Shown here piece after piece: positions 32,120 to 39,467 of a stretch of DNA of 64,000 bases. Each line of letters begins with the position of its first letter. The first letter of the stretch is position 1. Origin of the DNA: Chloroflexota bacterium (GTDB lineage Bacteria > Chloroflexota > UBA11872 > VXOZ01); contig OZ244922.1 in NCBI GenBank assembly GCA_965221905.1, forward strand, positions 2,624,001 to 2,688,000. Reading direction: 5' to 3'. The notes beneath the pieces were generated by a model that was given only the letters and a program-made list of their open reading frames with translations, was not told where the DNA came from and made no database searches. The translations under genes were made by a program, and so were the position numbers.

Positions 32120-33169
32120 GTGCGCCGCGTTGTATTGTCCGGCACCCCCTATGAGATGGGCCTCCAGCACGGCACTGCTTGCGCTGAGGCCATCAGTACA
32201 GCGATTGAGCGGGTAGTCTTTGGCTCAAGAATCGATGCTACCCACCGTGCACGCGTCGTCCGACAGATGGAGCGTAACATCGACCGGGTTTTTCCTGAGG
32301 CGCTCAAAGAGATACAGGGCATCGCCGACGGCGCGGGTCTCAAGAGCGAGGACATCTTGGCGTATACGTCGTGTATGGAAGTCGGCCGCAGCGCGGTCGG
32401 TTGCACGAACGTCGCTCTGCGCACGGACGATCACGGAGTCGTGCATTACAAGTCCAACGACGTCGGTAAGGAATCTCTCGGATCGTATATCTTCTGGGAT
32501 ATTAGGCCCGAAAAAGGCCATCCGCTCATCTGCGTCTCCGGTCCAGGCGCGCCCTGGATGGGGCCGGGGCTAAACGATACCGGCCTCACCTTTGGCGGCA
32601 GCAGCATCATGAATACCGATCAGGATTGGGATCACGGTATTCCTACCAACCTCCTGCAGCGCTATCTTCTGCAGTACTGCGCGGACGTAGACGAGGGCAT
32701 CGCGCTCTGCGAGAGTACCCCGGTTATGAACCACGGCATGAATGTCATGCTGACCGATCCCGCCGAGAACGCCGTGGTGGTGGAACGGTCGGCAACGCGC
32801 ATGGCAGTGCGGCGGATGGAAGAAGATGCGATCTGGTGTGCAAACCACTACGTGACGGCGGAAATGCTGCCCGTGGACAACCGGACAAACGCTGACTTTC
32901 GCGCGAACAGCGAGGGCCGCACAGCGCTGCTAGCGGCGCTCACGGGTGAAGAAGAGCCCCATACCCTAGAGCAAGTAACACGCATCGCACGCGCTCACGC
33001 CGATCCGGTCTCGCTCTGCCAGCACGGGCCGATGCATAGCGTCTTCGGCCTCATCATGGTTTCACGTGACCGCACTCTGCTCGTGAGCGACGGCTACCCC
33101 TGCCAGAATGAGCTCGAGATGTTTTCCTTTGACACGCGCCTGACCGCACACAGTCCGTCATTACCCTGA
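32120..33169 (+). CDS. C45-family autoproteolytic acyltransferase/hydrolase (Ntn fold)
   Basis: GTPYEMGLQHG, EIQGIADGAG, GCT cleavage site, GLNDTGL, ANHY. Confidence 0.85.
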   Translation: MRRVVLSGTPYEMGLQHGTACAEAISTAIERVVFGSRIDATHRARVVRQMERNIDRVFPEALKEIQGIADGAGLKSEDILAYTSCMEVGRSAVGCTNVALRTDDHGVVHYKSNDVGKESLGSYIFWDIRPEKGHPLICVSGPGAPWMGPGLNDTGLTFGGSSIMNTDQDWDHGIPTNLLQRYLLQYCADVDEGIALCESTPVMNHGMNVMLTDPAENAVVVERSATRMAVRRMEEDAIWCANHYVTAEMLPVDNRTNADFRANSEGRTALLAALTGEEEPHTLEQVTRIARAHADPVSLCQHGPMHSVFGLIMVSRDRTLLVSDGYPCQNELEMFSFDTRLTAHSPSLP

Positions 33170-33189
33170 AAATAGGCGGCCTTGCTCCG

Positions 33190-33309
33190 GTAGCGTAGGT
33201 TTGAAACCTGCGCCGCCCGTGGGAGTGACGAGCGGAGAGAATTGTCATTCTTTACTTTGGTCTAGGGTCTGTATGAGACCGGCATGGATTCTCACTTGCG
33301 CGGGAATCC
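33190..33309. repeat. Third REP-like copy plus a degenerate GGATTC..GGGAATCC palindrome
   Basis: GTAGCGTAGGTTTGAAACCTGCGC at 33190-33213 is the exact reverse complement of 31051-31074; palindrome at 33286-33309. Confidence 0.7.
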
Positions 33310-33334
33310 ACTGTCGGGAATTGAGGAACTACAC

Positions 33335-35170
33335 ATGAATCAGCCAATCTTGTTGTTGTATTCCGACGATGCGCATACTACCCCTGTGAGCGCAGAAATC
33401 CTGCGCTGTGAGGGTTTCCCCTGGCTTGAGGCGAAACCCGCGGCATCCTTCGTCGACGCACCGCCGGATGTCGAACTCATCGTCGTCGCGGGCAGCGGCG
33501 TGAGCCGGGAAACCGCGGAGCGCTTGGCGGCTGCAGTGGCTGCCGGCACTTCGCTAATTGCCCTTGCGCCCGATCCCGCTTTGCTTGGCGTCTTTGGAGC
33601 CGCGGCGAGCGAGTCTGTAGCCGACGCGTGGCTTACGGTGCGGCAACTGCCGCGCTGGGAACATGGCAGCCTGCCGTTGCTTTGCCCTGATGACATTTCG
33701 CAACCGCTGAGCGGCGGCGAGACGATTGCTGAGCTACGGGATTTGGAGGGCACTGTCCACGGCGCCGGCATTGTGGAGACGCGGCTTGGCGAAGGCAAGG
33801 CGTGGCTGTATGGATACGATCTCTGCCAGGCTGTCGTCACCTTTCGGCACGGCGATGGAGACCTGCATGAGCGACCTAAGCAAGACATGGGGCCGCTTAA
33901 AGGGCCGCGCCATCTTTACAGCTTCTTCGAGCTTTCCGAGAAAACCACCCGCGATATCCCCGTAGCGGACGTCCATCAAGACATTTTGCGTACCCTTGTA
34001 GCGGAGGCACTGGCCGATACGCCCCTGCCGCGCCTCTGGTACTTCCCTGACGCCGCGCCGGCCCTGTGGTTCATCAAGGGCGACGGCTGCGGCGAAGAAG
34101 GCGCGCCAGTGTTAATAGACATTGTGGAGTCGTATGGCGCGTTGCTCACCTTCTACCGGGCACCCTTCAGCCGCTACGAGGGTGACCTGATGAAAGAATG
34201 GCACGCGCGTGGGCATGCAGTTTCCATAGAAGTGGACCTAACGAGCATCACGCAGTATGCCGTGCAGGAAAACGGCAAGCAGGTACGTTACGGCCGCACG
34301 CCGGAAGACTTGAACGAGAACCACCTGTCCGCATTGCGTGCGAACCTGCAGAAATCGTGGGACGTATTTCGTCGAGAGACTGGCCTGGACGTGGAGACCA
34401 TCTGTAGCCACGGCTGTCAGTGGAGCGGCAATCCGCTGCTGGAAATTATGTTGGATTTCGGTTGGTATACGCCCACACACTTCGCCTCCCATGATCCCCG
34501 CATGCGGCGGGATGACAATTACGGCCCGTACATGATCGGCACCGGCCTCTGCATGCCCTATTTTCAACACGGCGTCGGCGTCACCGATATGTGGCACATG
34601 CCGGCCCAGTGGGACGAAAGCCAGACCATCGGCCGGCACGCAGACTTGCTGGCCGGCCCGATGGCGGATACGCCTGATCGGGCCGACGGCATGGTGGGTC
34701 TCACCTCTGAAGAGTACGGCGTGGAATTGGCGCGCTTTGCCGAGAGTGCGGCCACGCGCTGGCACGTAATGCAGATCGCGAACTTTCACCCCGTCTACGC
34801 CGCCGGCCCTCAAGACCACGTCAGAGCCTCGCGCCACGCTCTAGAGTTGGGCATGGAAGGCGCGATTGCTGCCGGTTGCAAGTTCGAGAACCAAGAAGAG
34901 TATTCCAGCTTTTCGCGCGCACGCACGGGCGTGCGCTTGACAGAGTCCTATTCCCAAGACGACAGTCACTTCATCACGCTCGCAGCCGGCAATAATGTGT
35001 CCGGCCTCTCCTTACTCCTGCCGGAAAACGTCCGGTCCGTTCAAGAAAAGAGTTCAGGCGCTAGCCTGCCCATCCGTCAGGCAACGCTAGAGGGCCGACG
35101 CCAACGCGCAGTCATTGTTGATCTAGCTGCGTCAATACCTAAGACGTTGTGCTTTAGATCGGCATCGTAG
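33335..35170 (+). CDS. Hypothetical 611-aa protein, possibly with a divergent polysaccharide-deacetylase-like domain
   Basis: Long ORF with SD GAGGA; LPRLWYFP, TFY, RGH, FHP segments loosely recall NodB-type barrels. Confidence 0.7.
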   Translation: MNQPILLLYSDDAHTTPVSAEILRCEGFPWLEAKPAASFVDAPPDVELIVVAGSGVSRETAERLAAAVAAGTSLIALAPDPALLGVFGAAASESVADAWLTVRQLPRWEHGSLPLLCPDDISQPLSGGETIAELRDLEGTVHGAGIVETRLGEGKAWLYGYDLCQAVVTFRHGDGDLHERPKQDMGPLKGPRHLYSFFELSEKTTRDIPVADVHQDILRTLVAEALADTPLPRLWYFPDAAPALWFIKGDGCGEEGAPVLIDIVESYGALLTFYRAPFSRYEGDLMKEWHARGHAVSIEVDLTSITQYAVQENGKQVRYGRTPEDLNENHLSALRANLQKSWDVFRRETGLDVETICSHGCQWSGNPLLEIMLDFGWYTPTHFASHDPRMRRDDNYGPYMIGTGLCMPYFQHGVGVTDMWHMPAQWDESQTIGRHADLLAGPMADTPDRADGMVGLTSEEYGVELARFAESAATRWHVMQIANFHPVYAAGPQDHVRASRHALELGMEGAIAAGCKFENQEEYSSFSRARTGVRLTESYSQDDSHFITLAAGNNVSGLSLLLPENVRSVQEKSSGASLPIRQATLEGRRQRAVIVDLAASIPKTLCFRSAS

Positions 35171-35315
35171 GCTGTACTCTTGGGGCTGCGCGCATAGCAT
35201 TTGACTGCGTTGTTTTAGGTGCCGCGCATAGGCGGGTCCCTTGCTTGAGAGCCGTCAGTGAACAGCTAAAGTGACTGTGCTTCAAACACCTTTATTTGAT
35301 TGAAATGGTTTAGGC

Positions 35316-35344
35316 TTGACGGCCCACAGTACGTAACCTAACAT
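35316..35344 (+). promoter_or_regulatory. Putative sigma70 promoter for the peptide precursor
   Basis: TTGACG-17nt-TAACAT. Confidence 0.45.
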
Positions 35345-35600
35345 GGAAACTGCGATCAAAGATGATCGTCCCAACCGTCAACATCGGGGCTTGTTGCATA
35401 GCGTTTAAGGAGGTTACTCTCTAGTAACAGTACTCTAGGATATGTACCGTTATACCGCCCGGATTCAACTGCTAATTTTGAAGAGTGTCTGGACGCAATC
35501 GGCAAGACTTAGGAAATGGATGAGAAGCAAGGGACATGGGTAACGGCCGGTTGGGGATATGGGATACGCACGTTAGAGCTAGTCTTGGAAGGATACTGCG

Positions 35601-35792
35601 ATGAGTGAAGAAAAGTCTGCTTCTAGCGAAAAAGCCGTGGCTGCCGAGACAGAGATCGAACCGGCAAGCGGCGAGATGACCGAGGACGAGTTGTCCGAGG
35701 CCGTCGGTGGCACTGGGACCGTTGATGAACAGGTCCCGCAGACCACCGGTGACAGTGCCGGCAGCGGTTGGTGGAACGACCCCAACCTGTAG
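35601..35792 (+). CDS. Double-glycine leader peptide precursor (RiPP/bacteriocin-like)
   Basis: SD GGAAGGA; leader ends EMTEDELSEAVGG; 26-aa core TGTVDEQVPQTTGDSAGSGWWNDPNL; upstream of a C39 transporter. Confidence 0.85.
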   Translation: MSEEKSASSEKAVAAETEIEPASGEMTEDELSEAVGGTGTVDEQVPQTTGDSAGSGWWNDPNL

Positions 35793-35808
35793 GTTTTTTG
35801 GCGAAAGA

Positions 35809-35850
35809 GCGCCGGTGCGTTTGCGGCAACGCAAATGCACCGGCGTTGTT
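35809..35850 (+). terminator. Strong hairpin after the precursor gene
   Basis: GCGCCGGTGCGTTTGCG-GCAA-CGCAAATGCACCGGCGT followed by TGTT. Confidence 0.75.
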
Positions 35851-36317
35851 ACATATTGAGCGTCGGTTCTTGCAGGCTAAGTCAGAAACCACTCACTGGA
35901 TGCTTCCCCTTGAATGGAGGAGCCAACGAAACCCCGCGGGCCAGTAACACAATTCGATCCAGAGCCATCAATTCCTCCGATGTGGAGGAATTCTTGACTC
36001 TTGGCGCGCCCAATGCCAATTGCGGGAGACGCCCCCACCCATTTGCACTCCTCGGTCACTCAGTTTGTCAGGCCATGGTGCACCAAGTCAAGAGGGGAAG
36101 AATCCTTAATTCAACTGTCTTCAAGCCTGTTCCTTTGGGGGCTATGCCTGCTGCGGTAACCCATGTGGCAAGTTAGCCGATGAAGTCCATACCCCGCACT
36201 GTGATACAGTCATACGGCTGAAAGAAACACGGTGAATTTCAATGCTCGCGTGTATGCATCATTTCGCACATAGTTTCATTGCGGTAGAATAGCCTTCAAA
36301 CTGTCACCTGCCTACCC

Positions 36318-37226
36318 GTGAATGCCGGAGCAGCCACGTTGTCGAACAATCGGCGTTTATATCGCGAGGAAGCATTCGCCCGCAGAGGCAAGACAGAGCC
36401 TCTCTACGGCCTATTGCGTGTGACGGCGCCTCACGAGTGGATTATTCTGGTTTGCCTGTCAATTGCGTTGCTGGGCTTGGCCGCTTGGGGGCTGTTCGGT
36501 AGTGTCGAGCAAAGCGTATCGGCCCAGTGCGTGCTGATCCAACCGGGCGACCGCTATACTATCATTGCTGAGGCCCCCGGAAATGTTGTAGATCTCCTGG
36601 TGGCTGTAGGCGACGAAGTTCAAGCGGGGCAGCCCCTTGCCCGGCTCAGGACCCCCGACCTAAGCCGAGAGATCGTGCTCGCCCGCTCCCGAGTAGACGT
36701 ACTGGAGAGTAAAGCCGCAAAGATGAGCGATGCCCTCGACGAGGCGCGTAGGGAGCTCATTGAACTAGAGGCGATAGCAGCATCCGGTGAGTACATAACA
36801 ACACCATTTGCCGGCGTAATCACGACCTACGAATTGTCCCTAGGGCAGGCGATCGAGGCCGGTTCCAAAGTGGCGAATGTACGTGCAGGCGCCGGCAGTA
36901 GACTTGAGGCGATTGCAGTAGTCTTGCCGGAAAGCGCATCGCGCCTTGCAGTCGGCATGGAGGCACAAGTCCTTACTAAGGACCGGAATCGCAAAGATGC
37001 AAACGTGCTGGAAGCTGAAGTGCACGACATTTCACCACGGCCCGTCACTCCTCCCGACTGGCTCACCTCCCTCGGCCTCCCAACTCTGGCGGGGAGCCAC
37101 GTGGTTCGCGTGGCCTTGCGTGAGGCCCCACCATCTCTCCTGGCGGACGGGGATTCATGTGACGTGCGGATAGTTTTGCGTAGGACCTCGCCCGTGCGAT
37201 TGCTGCTTTCCACCGGATCAAATTGA
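36318..37226 (+). CDS. NHLM-type bacteriocin secretion adaptor, HlyD/membrane fusion family (start may be TTG 36339)
   Basis: LYREEA...LLRVTAP..W N-terminus, TM segment, split lipoyl motifs GDEVQAGQPLA and ITTPFAG, C-terminal SPVRLL. Confidence 0.85.
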   Translation: MNAGAATLSNNRRLYREEAFARRGKTEPLYGLLRVTAPHEWIILVCLSIALLGLAAWGLFGSVEQSVSAQCVLIQPGDRYTIIAEAPGNVVDLLVAVGDEVQAGQPLARLRTPDLSREIVLARSRVDVLESKAAKMSDALDEARRELIELEAIAASGEYITTPFAGVITTYELSLGQAIEAGSKVANVRAGAGSRLEAIAVVLPESASRLAVGMEAQVLTKDRNRKDANVLEAEVHDISPRPVTPPDWLTSLGLPTLAGSHVVRVALREAPPSLLADGDSCDVRIVLRRTSPVRLLLSTGSN

Positions 37227-37240
37227 GGTAGCTGGATACT

Positions 37241-39439
37241 ATGCCAGCAAGTCAAGCAGTAAAACCGGCCGCAAAGCGGATGCGTACGCCACTCTTCCCA
37301 CAGCTTGAAACCTCAGAGTGCGGTGCTGCCTGTCTTGGCATAGTACTTGCTCACTTCGGGCGCTGGGAACCGATTGAAGCGTTGCGAGATGCGTGTGGAG
37401 TGAGCCGTGACGGGAGCAGCGCCGCAGACATCGTCAACGCAGGAAAACGATACGACCTCAAGATTTCCGGCTGGCGCAAGCAAGTCGGCGAGTTGCATGA
37501 CGTGCGCCTGCCGGCAATCCTCTTCTGGGAATTCAACCACTTCCTAGTACTCGAAGGATTTAGGCGCGGTCGCTACTACCTTAACGATCCCGCCAACGGC
37601 CGCCGCACCGTGGATGAAGAGACCCTTGGCCAGGCTTTTACCGGAATCGTCCTGACAGCGGAGCCGGGGCCGGGGTTTCGTACCGGCGGCTCTCCTCCAA
37701 GCGTAATACGCAAGCTTTGGCGCTGGTTGCGCGAAGTCAAGTCGCCACTCGCCTTCGTAGCTGCCTGCGGCCTCCTGCTCGCTTTGCCCGGTCTTTCCCT
37801 CCCCGTTCTCCTTAGCATGTTTGTGGACTACGTTATGAGCGGAGAGGAAGGGTCCTGGGGTGCGTTTCTTGTCGCCGCCGCGGCGATCACCGGAGGGCTG
37901 GTCTACCTGCTCACCTGGCTGCAACAGCATGCGCTTCGCAGGCTTGCTATTCGCCTGTCTGTCGTCCACGCAGAGCGCATGCTTTCACGTCTATTTAGGC
38001 TGCCCGTGGAATTCTTTGCACATCGGTTCGCCGGCGACCTGACGTCTCGGGTCCAGTTAGTCAACGAGGTAGCCAGCGGTTCTTCGCGGCAGTTGCTCGG
38101 CATCATGATCGAGCTCGTTATGAGCGGTCTATTCCTGGTGTTGATGGTCCTCTACAGTCCGCTGCTGGCCGCACTTGTGGCTGCCTTGGGCCTAACAAGC
38201 ATTATGTTAATGCACATACTTTGCCGGTTGCGAAACGACGAAAACCGCCAATTGCGGCGCGAGCAAGCCCTTCTTTACGGTACCGGATCGTCGATCATAC
38301 GCAATATGGAAGCCCTGAGGACAACCGCAGCCGAGGACGACTGCTTCGCGCGCTGGACGGGCTACCAAGCCCGGGAGCTTGTCACCCGGCAGAAGTTCGC
38401 AGAGCTAGGCCACACAATTGCCACGTTGCCCAGGCTGTTTCTCATACTGGGTGGCGTTACGGTCTTGGGATTCGGCGGTTTGCAAGTCATGTCAGGCGAT
38501 ATGACTATCGGCATGTTGATGGGATTCTATGTAGTTTCGGGAAACTTCCTTCAACCAATCGGCCGTTTCGTTCAATTCGCCGATTCTTTCCAAATTCTAG
38601 AAGCGGACTTACAACGCATTGACGATGTGCTAGATACTCCTGAAGACCCTGCGCTGAAAACAGTGAATGACTCTGCGCGAGGAAGGGTTGCTACCTTAAG
38701 CGGTCGGCTGCGAATGGCGGGAAGAATTGAGCTGCGCAACATCACCTTCGGCTACCATCCCAATCGCCCTCCCCTTATTGAAAACATGAGTCTTACCGTC
38801 GAACCAGGTCAGCGCATTGCTTTGGTGGGGCCTACGGGATCGGGTAAATCGACGTTGTTGAAGCTCGTCAGCGGCGAATATACACCTTGGTCAGGCGAAA
38901 TACTTTTCGACGGCGTGCCGCGCAACGAAGTCCCGCGCGAAATTCTTACTCGTTCGCTCTCCATTGTAGACCAGCAGACTTTCCTCTTTGCGGCCTCGGT
39001 GCGTGACAACTTGACCATGTGGAACCCAACAGCCCCCGACGAACAGGTAGTTGCTGCCGCACAGGACGCTCTCATTCACGACGAGATTATGAGCCGCCCA
39101 TCGGGCTATGATTCAAGGGTTGAAGAAGGGGGCACAAATTTCAGTGGCGGCCAGCGACAGCGCATGGAAATCGCCCGCGCCCTTGTCGATAATCCCTCTG
39201 TGCTCTTTCTCGATGAAGCTACCAGCACACTCGATGCCGTGAGCGAGAAGCGTATTGACGACAGCTTGCGGCGCCGCGGCTGTACCTGCATGATCGTTGC
39301 CCACCGCCTGAGCACAATTCGCGATAGCGATCAGATCATCGTCTTGGAACGTGGTCAACAGGTCCAATGCGGCACACACGAGGAACTCATAGCCGACAAA
39401 GACGGCTTATACTTTCAACTGATCCAGTCCCAGTGGTGA
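37241..39439 (+). CDS. NHLM-type peptidase-containing ABC transporter (C39 + TMD + NBD)
   Basis: QLETSECGAACL (Cys), FWEFNHF (His), YLNDPA (Asp); GPTGSGKST, FSGGQRQR, DEATS. Confidence 0.95.
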   Translation: MPASQAVKPAAKRMRTPLFPQLETSECGAACLGIVLAHFGRWEPIEALRDACGVSRDGSSAADIVNAGKRYDLKISGWRKQVGELHDVRLPAILFWEFNHFLVLEGFRRGRYYLNDPANGRRTVDEETLGQAFTGIVLTAEPGPGFRTGGSPPSVIRKLWRWLREVKSPLAFVAACGLLLALPGLSLPVLLSMFVDYVMSGEEGSWGAFLVAAAAITGGLVYLLTWLQQHALRRLAIRLSVVHAERMLSRLFRLPVEFFAHRFAGDLTSRVQLVNEVASGSSRQLLGIMIELVMSGLFLVLMVLYSPLLAALVAALGLTSIMLMHILCRLRNDENRQLRREQALLYGTGSSIIRNMEALRTTAAEDDCFARWTGYQARELVTRQKFAELGHTIATLPRLFLILGGVTVLGFGGLQVMSGDMTIGMLMGFYVVSGNFLQPIGRFVQFADSFQILEADLQRIDDVLDTPEDPALKTVNDSARGRVATLSGRLRMAGRIELRNITFGYHPNRPPLIENMSLTVEPGQRIALVGPTGSGKSTLLKLVSGEYTPWSGEILFDGVPRNEVPREILTRSLSIVDQQTFLFAASVRDNLTMWNPTAPDEQVVAAAQDALIHDEIMSRPSGYDSRVEEGGTNFSGGQRQRMEIARALVDNPSVLFLDEATSTLDAVSEKRIDDSLRRRGCTCMIVAHRLSTIRDSDQIIVLERGQQVQCGTHEELIADKDGLYFQLIQSQW

Positions 39440-39467
39440 TGCAAGCCATGCAACAGAAGAGCACCGC

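Noticed and set aside
30721-33309. Palindromic repeats as a possible CRISPR array
   Set aside because: Only three copies, in mixed orientation, with irregular spacing and no cas genes; they fit REP elements.
33284-33334. MDSHLRGN N-terminus of the 628-aa ORF
   Set aside because: It is translated from the palindromic repeat; ATG 33335 has the SD and is preferred.
35914-35997. 27-aa ORF MEEPTKPRGPVTQFDPEPSIPPMWRNS as a second precursor
   Set aside because: No SD and no GG leader in frame; the overlapping 35835-36176 ORF also starts inside the terminator hairpin.
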